A stretch of DNA of 64,000 nt from a virus, in IMG/VR virus record IMGVR_UViG_3300031576_000008, positions 41,994 to 105,993 of that record; one strand, written 5' to 3'. Shown here piece by piece: positions 20,001-28,649 of the stretch. The notes under the pieces are model-generated. The model was not told the origin of the DNA and made no database searches. It saw only the letters and a list, made by a program, of their open reading frames with translations. The translations under genes and the position numbers were made by a program. Each line of letters starts with the position of its first letter. The first letter of the stretch is position 1.

Positions 20001-20211
20001 CGGCGAGGGCGGGATCACCAAGGCCAACGGCACCGAGATCGAGCGCGGCGGATCGAAGATCATGGCATGCCTGCATCCGGCCTTCGTCCTCCGGGACCCG
20101 ACCCAGATGCCTGAGATCGAGCACGCCATCCGCCGCTTCGGCAGGCTTTACCACGCACTCGTGCCCAAAGTGGCCGCTAAGCCTCTCGTTTCGAAAGGAG
20201 CGACGTCATGA
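17032..20211 (+). CDS. dnaE: DNA polymerase III alpha fused to a C-terminal family-4 uracil-DNA glycosylase domain
   Basis: PHP motifs HAHSEYS and LTDHG; RGSVGGSLVAY, PDVDID, KFDFLGL, YAFNKAHS; C-terminal CMQC..GEAPG..GKPFVG..TNACHCKPP..HPAFVLR. Confidence 0.93.
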   Translation: MGNYGILHAHSEYSVRDSLIRAEDLPVLAKSKGWDACALTDHGGIEGLYTFSKACRANGVKPILGCEFYVGCSDSDRAHHLTVLAKNVRGFTSMTELLSIAHRDHYNGRRHRADIPIDMILEKLTDCVILSGCFSSPFWRASDKSMDELVAFVDRFGDDFYFEFQGLWDWHEQVDLNSLVITMSRELGRPLVVTPDCHFATPDESRFHEALLAVASRAPVGSPKAWRFSTHLNYVLTPEESVAGLVKAGVPESDARKALEETGKIAAKISDWSWDDLPMPRIPDVGGDMKKLVWDGLTAKGLDQTDEYKTRLTDELDCFTKAGLDRYLLLVRHCLNLFRNNGAEIGPRGSVGGSLVAYCLGITNLDPVKHGLIWQRFYFPGRKGWPDVDIDVDTHFRERVPEVLRKEFGDDRVAQISNFGTFGLRQAINDAAKAYGMKVDNPLSEFELRDLIKAHEGDEDKVPIEELRTWQALRAKSPDASEFAKKLRGRMRQFGAHAGGFVIAADSLLCGRGAVVTRGKDKALVWDMGTADALGFVKFDFLGLDSLAAIRELGRSIDIKWDEVPLDDPAVYTDISEGRTAAVPQFLTSGLRSFAERLQPDKFEDLVWANAAFRPGALGQFSPQELAERYHENPDSLIVYQEDIMAICVYMAGFSWKEADGVRKVVAKKEGRDEWKKLAPKFAEGCVKQDSMTYEEAIILWSSLEEFTRYAFNKAHSAAYSWNAYRIAWAKRRHPIHTFAALLNSSKEEKIPRILEEAEDSFGLKLLPPDANKSGLVWMIEGDAIRAPLNQSELIDLRITKAIMKRRESGPFVSKNDFITRMSTIKYHPQVVDILFDGRGFAAHFALPLVDPRIIVSKDYIETIRSCMQCDLRGTCRQVVPPDLGKTNVLIVGEAPGKDEDRRGKPFVGPSGQLLFKLLEENGIKRTDVTVTNACHCKPPFVPDEDADASERRSRNEALMLDCPWVFKEIELMKPPLILAVGAKAWKKLGGEGGITKANGTEIERGGSKIMACLHPAFVLRDPTQMPEIEHAIRRFGRLYHALVPKVAAKPLVSKGATS

Positions 20212-20504
20212 AGAGTTACGCGGAAAAAGGCGCGGAGATCGGTCTCTTCGTCGAGGAGAAGAACAAGGCCTATGGCAGCGCCTTCGCCAAGGCTGGGGAA
20301 TTTCTCAAGCTGCTATACCCGGAGGGGGTGGAGCCCGGGCAGTACCGGGACATGCTCCTCCTGACCCGCATCTTCGACAAGATGATGCGCATCGCGACCG
20401 ACAAGGATGCGCTGGGGGAAAGCCCGTACCGGGACATCGCAGGCTACGGCATCATCGGCGATGACACCGAGGAGCGCGAAGCCCGCGCCAAGAAGCCCGT
20501 CTAG
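20208..20504 (+). CDS. nucleotide-modification-associated (DUF1599-like) protein
   Basis: KNKAYGSAF..RIFDKMMRI..DIAGYGI pattern; ATGA overlap with dnaE. Confidence 0.6.
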   Translation: MKSYAEKGAEIGLFVEEKNKAYGSAFAKAGEFLKLLYPEGVEPGQYRDMLLLTRIFDKMMRIATDKDALGESPYRDIAGYGIIGDDTEEREARAKKPV

Positions 20505-20513
20505 GAGGACCTC

Positions 20514-21290
20514 ATGCACCGCGTCACGCCAAAGCCGTTCCTCGTCGGGGAGACCAAGCTCGATCAGGGGGCCATCAAGGCCTATCTCGACCATGTCGGG
20601 ACGAAGTGGTGGGAGATGGAGGATGGCGCTTCGGACTCCGAGAAGCTGATCGAGATCATGGGCCGCCTTTGTTACAGGAGCTGGGAACCCGGATTGAATA
20701 AGAATGTCTCCAAGATCCGCAAGGGCAACGATCTCTACGTCGGCAACATCCTCAAGTCGAAGCACGGCTCGGTGACCGAGCACGGCGTTTCGAACTGGAT
20801 CATCGCCGACTGCTCGAGAGTTCTGACACACGAGCTCGTTCGCCATCGCGCCGGGACGGCCTTCTCGCAGGAGAGCCTGCGGTTCGTCCGGCTCGACGAT
20901 CTGGGGCTCTGGATGCCGCCGGAGGTGACCGACCCCGTGCTCATCCGGATGTGCGAGGAGAAGTTCAAGGCCGACGAGGAGTTCCAGAAGAGGCTGTCGG
21001 ACTACCTCAAGCTCGACGAGCCCGGGAAGGACTTTCACTACAAGAAGCTCTGGACGAGCTTCATGCGCCGGTTCGCCCCGGAAGGCCTCGCCACCACGAT
21101 CGGCCTCTCGATCAACATGCGCTCGATGCGGCATGTCATCGAGTACCGCACGGCCGAATCGTCGGAGGTCGAGATCCGGTTCGTCTTCGACCAGATCGGC
21201 CGGATCGCCAAGGAGCGCTGGCCGAACCTCATGCAGGATTTCGTGAGGCAGGAGGACGGCGAGTGGAAGCCGGAGCACTCGAAGATTTGA
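20514..21290 (+). CDS. thyX: FAD-dependent thymidylate synthase
   Basis: GRLCYRS, HGSVTEH, THELVRHR-x-FSQESLRFV. Confidence 0.93.
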   Translation: MHRVTPKPFLVGETKLDQGAIKAYLDHVGTKWWEMEDGASDSEKLIEIMGRLCYRSWEPGLNKNVSKIRKGNDLYVGNILKSKHGSVTEHGVSNWIIADCSRVLTHELVRHRAGTAFSQESLRFVRLDDLGLWMPPEVTDPVLIRMCEEKFKADEEFQKRLSDYLKLDEPGKDFHYKKLWTSFMRRFAPEGLATTIGLSINMRSMRHVIEYRTAESSEVEIRFVFDQIGRIAKERWPNLMQDFVRQEDGEWKPEHSKI

Positions 21291-21374
21291 CCGTGATGCG
21301 AGAATCTCAGGAAATAGTTCTGGAAGGTCGAGAAGACTACCTATTAGGACCCGAAAGGAAAGGAGGACGGCAGG

Positions 21375-21848
21375 ATGAGGGACGCGCCCTTTGAGGTCAC
21401 GGTCGGCGGGGAAAAGTTCACCTTCTCCACGAAGAGCGAGCTTTTCATCGACCGGGACAACCTCGACGATGATCTCGCAAGGCAGGCGGCCCTGTACGCA
21501 TTCTTCGGCATCAGGCTGTCGGCGGAGCTGAAGAAGGAGAAGGCCATTTTGGAGGCCGACTACGAGGAGCTCTTCAACCGGCTCGATCAGGAGGTCCGCC
21601 CGACGTTCAAGACGAAGCCGACGGAGACCGAGATCAAGAACAAGATCAAGACCGATCCACGGATCATCGTCTTGTCCAAGAAGCTCACGAAGCTGGAATT
21701 TGACGAATACAAGATTTCGATCATGCTCAAGGCGCTCGAGCAGCGCAAGGACATGCTCAAGGCCTTGAGCATGAACCGGAGCATGGAACGCACGATGCCG
21801 TCGTCCGACGAGATCGAGCGCATGAAGTCGAACTTGCTTGGCCGTTAA
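21375..21848 (+). CDS. UvsY-like recombination mediator
   Basis: Helical protein; KPTETEIKNKI..D and KALEQRKDML; located before the SSB and RecA genes. Confidence 0.6.
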   Translation: MRDAPFEVTVGGEKFTFSTKSELFIDRDNLDDDLARQAALYAFFGIRLSAELKKEKAILEADYEELFNRLDQEVRPTFKTKPTETEIKNKIKTDPRIIVLSKKLTKLEFDEYKISIMLKALEQRKDMLKALSMNRSMERTMPSSDEIERMKSNLLGR

Positions 21849-21878
21849 CCCAAAAACCTATTTGAAAGGAGATCAGTC

Positions 21879-22757
21879 ATGGCCATGGGTCGCAGCGATT
21901 ACCAGTCCGCCAAGGAGCGCTTCCTCGACCGCCAGAAGCGCAAGAGCGAGTCCGAGGGATGGTGGAAGCCCACCGAGGGCCGGCACCGCATCCGCATCCT
22001 GCCCCCGCCGTCCAATCAGGAGAAGCAGAAGTTCTTCTACGTCGAGTACGGCGTCCACTACGGGCTCGTCGGTCCCGAGGGCAACACCGAGACCGTGACC
22101 TGCCCGAAGGCCACGCTCAAGAAGCCCTGCCCGATCTGCGAGTTCACGCGCGGACTCTGGCAGAGGAAGAGCGAGGAGGATCAGGTCATCGCCCGCAAGA
22201 TCGGCGTGAAGACCCGCGCCTGCTGCAGCCTCGTGTTCCTGAACGCCCCGTCCGAGGCGAAGATCTGGTCCTTCGGCAAGAACGTCCGCGACCAGCTGGA
22301 CGAGCTGTGCTTCGCCAACGAAGGCTCGGAGGTCATGATCGACGACCCCGACAACGGCTACAACCTGACCGTCACCGTCTCGGTCAGGAACACGCCCGAC
22401 GGCACGTACCCCGACTACATCGTGACGCCCGAGATGAAGTCGTGTGCCGTCCTCGACAAGGCCGTGCTCGGCAAGACGAAGAACCTCGCCGAGATGATCC
22501 ATTCGGCGGTGAAGAGCTACGATGAGATCCGCTCGATCCTCCTCGGCTCCGGCCACGAGGACGGCGGGGAAGCTCCTGCCCCGGTCGCCCGCAAGGTCGA
22601 AGAGGAGCCGACCGAACCGGCATCCGATGATGTCGTCGAGGATACGCCGGCCCCGGTCGCGAAGGCGTCCTCGCCCGCTCCCAGCCAGCGCCCGTCGGCC
22701 GATGATCTCGTCAAGAAGGCCCGGGCGGCCTTGGCGAGCAAGAAGGCGGGACAGTAG
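21879..22757 (+). CDS. gp32-like single-stranded DNA-binding protein
   Basis: WWKP..G..RIRILP, HY..CPK..CPICE, DPDNGYNL; acidic/Pro-rich tail. Confidence 0.8.
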   Translation: MAMGRSDYQSAKERFLDRQKRKSESEGWWKPTEGRHRIRILPPPSNQEKQKFFYVEYGVHYGLVGPEGNTETVTCPKATLKKPCPICEFTRGLWQRKSEEDQVIARKIGVKTRACCSLVFLNAPSEAKIWSFGKNVRDQLDELCFANEGSEVMIDDPDNGYNLTVTVSVRNTPDGTYPDYIVTPEMKSCAVLDKAVLGKTKNLAEMIHSAVKSYDEIRSILLGSGHEDGGEAPAPVARKVEEEPTEPASDDVVEDTPAPVAKASSPAPSQRPSADDLVKKARAALASKKAGQ

Positions 22758-22765
22758 GTGGCGTC

Positions 22766-22981
22766 ATGATGAAGAAAAAGAAGTCCCTCCAGCAGCGTCT
22801 GCGCGAATCCGAGCTGCGCGAGCAGGCGTCGGCGCGCAGGCAATGGCGGGTCGTCGACCGGCTGGAGCTCGAGCTGAGGTCGCTTGAATTGCAGATCCGG
22901 AAGATCGAGCTCGAGATCAAGAAGGCGAAGGCCGAAGAGCGGTTCACCCAGTCGATCAACGCCATGAAGAAGGGGGCATAA
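22766..22981 (+). CDS. small coiled-coil protein
   Basis: 71 aa; stop overlaps the recA start. Confidence 0.55.
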   Translation: MMKKKKSLQQRLRESELREQASARRQWRVVDRLELELRSLELQIRKIELEIKKAKAEERFTQSINAMKKGA

Positions 22982-24105
22982 TGCCGCCTCGCAAGAAGAA
23001 CATGGGGCGCACCAAGAAAGGTGCGCCCCCACCTTCTCCCGACGAAGCTCCGGTGAAGCGGAGGAGGGCCTCGTCACTGGCGCAGCTCGTGGCCGAGATG
23101 CACGAGTACCGCCCGGTCCAGTGGCTGCGCACCGGCGTCCATGCCATCGATCTCATCATCGGACAGGGCATCCCGAGCGGTCGGATGGTCGAGGTCATGG
23201 GCGACCCCTCGACGGCGAAGTCGGCGTTCGGATATGTCATCCTCGCCGCCTACCAGCGCTCGGGGGGATACGCGTTCCTCCTCGACAGCGAGCAGAAGAC
23301 CTATGACGAGTTCGCCAAGCGGATGGGCGTCGACTTCGACAAGATCGGCTATTCCAAGGCCGACTCGATCGACGACTGCGTCCGGCTCATCGGCCAGATC
23401 GTGAAGCTCGCCGATCCGGCCACCCCGACGGTCATCGTCTGGGACTCGATCGCATCGACCCCGGGCGCAGAGGAGTTCGAGAAGGTCACCGACAGTGGCG
23501 AAAAGGGCGGCGTCTCCGGCAGCGGAGGCGCGAAGGCGGAGCGCGCCCGGCAGCTCTCGACGATCTTCAGGGCGACCTTGGGGAAGATGGCCCAGAAGGG
23601 CGTGACGCTGGTGGCCATGAACCAGCTCCGGACGAACTTCAATTTCGCCACGGGCTACACATCCCTCGAATCGACCGGTGGGCGCGCCGGCAAGTATCAC
23701 GCCGCCGCCCGGCTGATCATGCGCCCCAAGGGCCGCATCCGTGCCCAGAACGCCGACATCGTCACCGGCATCCAGATCGAATGCGAGGCGCTCAAGAACA
23801 CGCTCGCGCCTCCGTTCCGCAAGGCCATCGTGAAGTTCAAGTTCGACACCGGCTTCGACACCTGCTCGGGGCTGGACGAGCTCCTGCTCCGGCATGGGCG
23901 CATCGTGACGAAGGCTGGCTGGCTCTGCTACAAGGACAAGAGCTTCCGCCGGTCCGACATGGACCGCATCGTGATTGAGATCCCGGAGATGACCGAGCCG
24001 CTCAAGGGCACGGTGGAGATCAATGAGGTCACGGCGCAGGTGCCCGGCTTCGCAGACGACCAGAAGGAGGCTCCCGTCGAGACCGCCATGGAAGCGGAGG
24101 ATTAA
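22981..24105 (+). CDS. recA: RecA/UvsX-like recombinase
   Basis: TGVHAIDLIIG.GIPSGRMVEVMG, GDPSTAKS (variant Walker A), WDSIA, NQLR, TGGRA, KNTLAPPFR. Confidence 0.88.
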   Translation: MPPRKKNMGRTKKGAPPPSPDEAPVKRRRASSLAQLVAEMHEYRPVQWLRTGVHAIDLIIGQGIPSGRMVEVMGDPSTAKSAFGYVILAAYQRSGGYAFLLDSEQKTYDEFAKRMGVDFDKIGYSKADSIDDCVRLIGQIVKLADPATPTVIVWDSIASTPGAEEFEKVTDSGEKGGVSGSGGAKAERARQLSTIFRATLGKMAQKGVTLVAMNQLRTNFNFATGYTSLESTGGRAGKYHAAARLIMRPKGRIRAQNADIVTGIQIECEALKNTLAPPFRKAIVKFKFDTGFDTCSGLDELLLRHGRIVTKAGWLCYKDKSFRRSDMDRIVIEIPEMTEPLKGTVEINEVTAQVPGFADDQKEAPVETAMEAED

Positions 24106-24725
24106 TGCTCGACCCGGCCACGCTCACCTATGCTCCGCCGGAGGCGTTGCGGTACGACGATGAAGAGCACAAGTACTTCATCGGCGACCGTCCCGTCATC
24201 TCGGTCACGAACGTCCTGAGAGAAGCCTCCGTGTACGACTACGGCTTCTCGGACGGGATGGCCATGGATCGTGGCACGGCCGTCCATACCATGACCGAGC
24301 TCTTCGACAAGGGGGCTCTGGACGTCGACAAGCTCGACAATCCGGTCCTGCCGTACTTCGAAGGCTACCTCGCGTTTCTAGAGGACCACAAGCCCATCAT
24401 GGTCTCCATCGAGGAGCTCGTGGGGAACCTTGTCTATTGGTATGCGGGCCGGCTCGACCGTCGGGTGATCCTGCACGACCATGAGGTGCTGCTCGACATC
24501 AAGACCGGCCATCCGGCGGCGTGGCATGGGCTCCAGACGTCGGCCTATGCCAAGTGCATCGGGCGTCCGCTCCGGCGGGCGGCGCTCTACCTGTCCGACA
24601 AGGGAACCTACAAGCTCGAATACTTCGACCATCCCGATGACTGGGACGTCTTCCGGGCGGCGCTCACCCTCGTGATGTGGAAGCGCAACAACGGCGTACG
24701 CCGTCATGTCAACCAGCCCGTGTAA
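24105..24725 (+). CDS. PD-(D/E)XK exonuclease
   Basis: ISVTNVL, RGTAVH, YAGRLD, LDIKTG, LQTSAY. Confidence 0.85.
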   Translation: MLDPATLTYAPPEALRYDDEEHKYFIGDRPVISVTNVLREASVYDYGFSDGMAMDRGTAVHTMTELFDKGALDVDKLDNPVLPYFEGYLAFLEDHKPIMVSIEELVGNLVYWYAGRLDRRVILHDHEVLLDIKTGHPAAWHGLQTSAYAKCIGRPLRRAALYLSDKGTYKLEYFDHPDDWDVFRAALTLVMWKRNNGVRRHVNQPV

Positions 24726-24735
24726 GGAGAACGCC

Positions 24736-25434
24736 ATGGCAGAAACGAAGGCGCTGGCTCTGCCCGACACCAAGGAAATTGACAAGAAGGCGATGACGGT
24801 CCTCGAGACGTCGAGGGCGATCACGATCCAGAACAACAAGCAGTACGTCATCGCCGGCGACTTCCTCAGGGACCTGAAGGCGATCGAGAGGGAGATCGAC
24901 GAAACCTTTGATCCGGCGATCAAGGCCGCCTACGATGCGCACAAGGCCGTCTTGGCCGCCAAGGGCAAACATTCCAAGCCGATCGAGGAGGCTGAGAAGA
25001 TCATCAAGGACAAGATGATCGGCTATCAGGAGGAACAGGAGAAGAAGCGCGCTGAGGACGAGGAGAATCTTCGCAAGCTCGCCCATCAGCAGGAGGAAGC
25101 GGACCGCAACTTCCGCGCCGAGAAGCTCATCGAGGAGGGCAAGCCCGAGGAAGCGCTCGCCGTCCTCGGCAGGGAGCTCGAGCTCTCGCCGGTCATCCTG
25201 CCCTCATCGGCCCCCAAGATGAAGGGCATCGTCATGCGCGAGCAGATCAAGGCCGAGGTCTACGACCTGCTCCTGCTCGTCAAGGCCGTCGCCGAGGGGA
25301 AGATCCCGCTCACGCTCGTCGAGCCGAACATGAAGGCGATCAACGGCATGATCCGCGCGGCCGGCGGAGACTTCAAGCTGCCGGGCGTGCGGGTGGTCAC
25401 CGAGAAGATCATGGCGACGGGTGCAATGGACTAG
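24736..25434 (+). CDS. coiled-coil recombination-associated phage protein
   Basis: Start ATG 24736 (AAGGAG RBS); C-terminal KLPGVRV. Confidence 0.65.
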   Translation: MAETKALALPDTKEIDKKAMTVLETSRAITIQNNKQYVIAGDFLRDLKAIEREIDETFDPAIKAAYDAHKAVLAAKGKHSKPIEEAEKIIKDKMIGYQEEQEKKRAEDEENLRKLAHQQEEADRNFRAEKLIEEGKPEEALAVLGRELELSPVILPSSAPKMKGIVMREQIKAEVYDLLLLVKAVAEGKIPLTLVEPNMKAINGMIRAAGGDFKLPGVRVVTEKIMATGAMD

Positions 25435-25436
25435 CC

Positions 25437-25928
25437 ATGAGACATCTGACGAGGTACGAGACGCCCGAGACTCAGGGCCCGCAGAATGACGTCCGAAATG
25501 AGATCTGCAAGACGTTCCGTCTGCTCTGGGACAAGAACCCATGGGGCAATGTCGGCATTAACACCATGTTCCGCGACCTGAATGACACGCCCGTCCTCTT
25601 GGCCGATGTACGCGTTCGGAACGTCGATCACAACACCTATCCCACGATCATGATCGGGGTGCCAGATGGCTGGGTCCCGGCCATGAAGATGCTCGACTGG
25701 CTCGACGAACACGAGCTGTCGGGCTTTCCCATCGCCTACGTCCATGGATTTACGGACGGCATCTACTTCTGCCCCATCCGGCGCGAACTGAAGAGATTCG
25801 TGCGCGTCAATCATGGCGGCAGGACAGACCGCGATGATCCTGCAGATTCTGGTTCCTGCGTCTACATCCCTACGGCATACTTCAAGCCGGTCAAGGATCT
25901 GGATCGACTGATCGGGAGGCCGGCATGA
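25437..25928 (+). CDS. hypothetical protein (possible nuclease fold)
   Basis: 163-aa ORF within the operon; GGRTDRDD motif. Confidence 0.55.
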   Translation: MRHLTRYETPETQGPQNDVRNEICKTFRLLWDKNPWGNVGINTMFRDLNDTPVLLADVRVRNVDHNTYPTIMIGVPDGWVPAMKMLDWLDEHELSGFPIAYVHGFTDGIYFCPIRRELKRFVRVNHGGRTDRDDPADSGSCVYIPTAYFKPVKDLDRLIGRPA

Positions 25929-26479
25929 TCTTCGTGGGCGTAGATCCGGGGAAAGACGGCGGCATTGTCGCCCTTTCGAAGGATTCGAAGATCCTCGAGA
26001 AGTGGAAGCCCCCGCTCATTACGGCGACTAAAGGCAAGACCAAGGACGAGTACGACATCCCGGCCCTCAAGCAGATCTTCGAATTCTCCAAATTGCAGGC
26101 CCGGATGGAATGGGGCGACGAATCGATCATGATCGTCCTCGAGAAGGGCCAGCCAATGCCCATGGCTGGCGTGGCTGCCCAGTTCCAGCGCGGGTTCGCC
26201 TTTGGGATGTATCAGGCGCTCTTCGTCGGTCTGGGGGTCAGCTATCACGTCGTGCCTCCTAGGACATGGCAGAAGGCCATGTTCGCCGGCGTATCCGCCG
26301 ATGACACCAAGGCGGCGTCCATCCTCGTCTCCAAAAGGCTCTGGCCGAGCGAGAACTGGAGGCGGACGGAGAAGTGCAGGACCGACGACGATGGATACAC
26401 CGACGCCGCTTTGCTCGCTGAATATGGCCGGCGGACGCTGGCTACTCCTTCGACAAGTCCGGCAGCTGTTCGCGTATAA
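25925..26479 (+). CDS. RuvC-like Holliday junction resolvase
   Basis: VGVDPGKDGGI, VLEK, VPPRTWQK, DGYTDAALLA. Confidence 0.85.
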   Translation: MIFVGVDPGKDGGIVALSKDSKILEKWKPPLITATKGKTKDEYDIPALKQIFEFSKLQARMEWGDESIMIVLEKGQPMPMAGVAAQFQRGFAFGMYQALFVGLGVSYHVVPPRTWQKAMFAGVSADDTKAASILVSKRLWPSENWRRTEKCRTDDDGYTDAALLAEYGRRTLATPSTSPAAVRV

Positions 26480-26876
26480 GCCTGCCGACCCGCCGGAGAT
26501 CCCGCCCGTCTCCCTCAAGGAGCACCTTGAGCGTGTCTTCCTTCATGGCGTAGGGCAGGAGATCGAGGATCTCATGGACGAGCGCCGTCTCGTAGGCGAG
26601 ATCCAAGACGGGCTTGTCATGCCCCATGATGGGGATCCGGATCTGGTTCCACTCCCGCTCCTTCTTGCGGTGGCGGGCGGCCCGGACCTTGGCTCGGCTT
26701 TCAGCGACGTCTGGATCACCGGGACGCCGGCGCTCGGCCAGCGCGCGGCCAAGCGCCTCTTCCTGACGGACGTCGTCCCTGTCAAAGCCGACAACGGTGC
26801 CAATGCGCCGATACTGTGGCAAGGCTCCTTCCTTCCTCAAACGAGCGAAGGGGAGTATAGCACCTACTTTCTGTAA
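26424..26876 (+). CDS. hypothetical protein
   Basis: Open frame up to the convergent terminator; start uncertain. Confidence 0.35.
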   Translation: MAGGRWLLLRQVRQLFAYKPADPPEIPPVSLKEHLERVFLHGVGQEIEDLMDERRLVGEIQDGLVMPHDGDPDLVPLPLLLAVAGGPDLGSAFSDVWITGTPALGQRAAKRLFLTDVVPVKADNGANAPILWQGSFLPQTSEGEYSTYFL

Positions 26877-26883
26877 GGTGAAC

Positions 26884-26925
26884 AAGAAAAAGATGGGCCT
26901 GCCGGCCCTGTCGACCGGCAGGCCC
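26884..26925 (-). terminator. terminator at the convergence of the two transcription arms
   Basis: GGGCCTGCCGG/CCGGCAGGCCC stem with a U-tract on the minus strand. Confidence 0.7.
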
Positions 26926-26936
26926 CGTTCCATCCA

Positions 26937-27464
26937 TTAGCGTATTACGAACCCGGTGGACACCCTTGAGATCATCTTGAGCGTCTGACTCCGACTCCGC
27001 TTGTTGAGCTTGTGGCCGGCGAGGTTGAGGACGTACAGCGGCCCCTTCTGGAACACCGTGCCAGCATCCTTGAACGAATACGACTCGTTCTTGCCGACGA
27101 CGATGTGGTCCAAGAGGGGCATCCTCGCCGCCTTGCCGACCGAGAACACGCCCTCGGTGAGCGCGATGTCCTCGACGGTCGGGACGGCCCTTTTCTCATA
27201 CGGGTGATTGTGACAAAGGATGATCGCCTTCGTCTCCCGGATGAGCGCCTCCCTGAAGATGTCGCACGTGTCGAAGCAGCAGCTTTGTGAGTTGCCTACG
27301 GCGGCAACCTGCACGTAGCGGGCCACCAAGTCAGGGGTCAGATGGATGACCACCATGACTTCTCGTGGGAGGTTCCGAAACTCCTCGAGGAGCTTCATAG
27401 CATCCGAGGGGCGTCCGATGATCGGCTCCCCCTCGACAGGTCGGACGGCCAATTCGTACTTCAT
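26937..27464 (-). CDS. RadC-like JAB domain protein
   Basis: REVMVVIHL, IFREAL, CHNHP..PTVED, LLDHIVVG. Confidence 0.85.
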   Translation of the reverse strand: MKYELAVRPVEGEPIIGRPSDAMKLLEEFRNLPREVMVVIHLTPDLVARYVQVAAVGNSQSCCFDTCDIFREALIRETKAIILCHNHPYEKRAVPTVEDIALTEGVFSVGKAARMPLLDHIVVGKNESYSFKDAGTVFQKGPLYVLNLAGHKLNKRSRSQTLKMISRVSTGFVIR

Positions 27465-27507
27465 CGGTCGCTTCCCCCTGTATTGGCATGCGGGTCTTCG
27501 ATGACGA

Positions 27508-27537
27508 GGGAGGAGGGGGACCGCTCCCCCTCCTCCC
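27508..27537 (-). terminator. 13-bp hairpin closing the Ubl operon
   Basis: GGGAGGAGGGGGA/TCCCCCTCCTCCC; no clear U-tract. Confidence 0.5.
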
Positions 27538-27551
27538 CTTGCTGATGCGTG

Positions 27552-27785
27552 CTAGCAGCCCTTGGTGCCGGCGGTCCGGACGAACTCCACCAGATCGCCG
27601 TCCTTCACGATGTAGCTGTCCTGCACCGGGAACGGCTCGCCGCCGTTCTGGGACACGGTCGCCGGGGCCCCCGCCGGGATGTTGAGCTCGTAGGAGAGCA
27701 TGTTCCTGAGCTCGCCGACCGACTTGCCGACGTACTGGTCGCCGATCGGCGTGGACGACGGGCCCGAGCGAACCTGCGCAGCCAT
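27552..27785 (-). CDS. ubiquitin-like beta-grasp protein (PRTRC protein C-like)
   Basis: 77 aa from ATG 27785 (AAGGAGG RBS); GKSVGELR..NG..VKDGDLVEFVRTAGTKG-C. Confidence 0.85.
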   Translation of the reverse strand: MAAQVRSGPSSTPIGDQYVGKSVGELRNMLSYELNIPAGAPATVSQNGGEPFPVQDSYIVKDGDLVEFVRTAGTKGC

Positions 27786-27875
27786 GGGATCCTCCTTCTG
27801 AGGGGTTGAAAATGAAACCAAACTGAGACGAACTTCTCACGAGTTGCTTGGGAAACTGCTTGCGAGTAACGGCCG

Positions 27876-28640
27876 TTACTTGCGTGCCACCATCTTCTTC
27901 TTGGCGAAGCCGGAAACGCCCCGGTTGTAGGCCAGCGCGCTCTTCTTCTTCGCGTCGAAGAACACTTCACCGACCGCCTTCAGGTTCTGCGCCATCACCT
28001 CCTTCCCATGCGGGATGTCTTCCATGATCTGGGTGACGTACGTGGCTGCCCATGCCGCCACCATCATGTTCGTCACGGCCAGCTGACCGCCGCCCGGAAG
28101 CCTCGCCCTCTCCTCACAGGAGAGCTCGCCCGGATTCTTGTCCTTGGGCGTGGCGATCTCCGGGTGCGTCTGTTCGAGCTTCTGCGTGATGTCATCGCCG
28201 TCGAATCGAGCGTACACCTGCACGTTGCCGTCCCACATCTCGTTGCCGCCGTGGACGAGGATGACGTTCTTCCTCTTGGCGGCCTGCTGGCTGACGAGCA
28301 GCTTCGTCGCGGCATTGTCGACGAAGAGGAAACTGAGCATGTTGTCCTTGATGGCATCTTCGATGTTCTTCTTCGTGACGAACTTCGACTGCGGCAGGAC
28401 CGCCAGATCGGGGAACGCCCGCTTGATCCGGTCGGCGTACACCTCCGCCTTGGGCTTGTTCTCGTCCTCCTCGAACATGTCCTGCCGGGGCATGTTGTCC
28501 TTGGTGAACTCGTCTCCATCCCAGAGGACGAGCTCCCTCGGCATGCCCTTCTGGTAGACCATCGTCCGGCACAGGATTGGCCAGAAGTACGACCAGATGC
28601 CGCCCAGTCCGATGACGGTCACATTCTCCAGTTTCATCAT
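27876..28640 (-). CDS. ThiF/E1-like activating enzyme
   Basis: VIGLGGI, DGDEF..NMPRQ, KAEV, VDN, candidate catalytic SC. Confidence 0.9.
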   Translation of the reverse strand: MMKLENVTVIGLGGIWSYFWPILCRTMVYQKGMPRELVLWDGDEFTKDNMPRQDMFEEDENKPKAEVYADRIKRAFPDLAVLPQSKFVTKKNIEDAIKDNMLSFLFVDNAATKLLVSQQAAKRKNVILVHGGNEMWDGNVQVYARFDGDDITQKLEQTHPEIATPKDKNPGELSCEERARLPGGGQLAVTNMMVAAWAATYVTQIMEDIPHGKEVMAQNLKAVGEVFFDAKKKSALAYNRGVSGFAKKKMVARK

Positions 28641-28649
28641 TTCTCCCTG

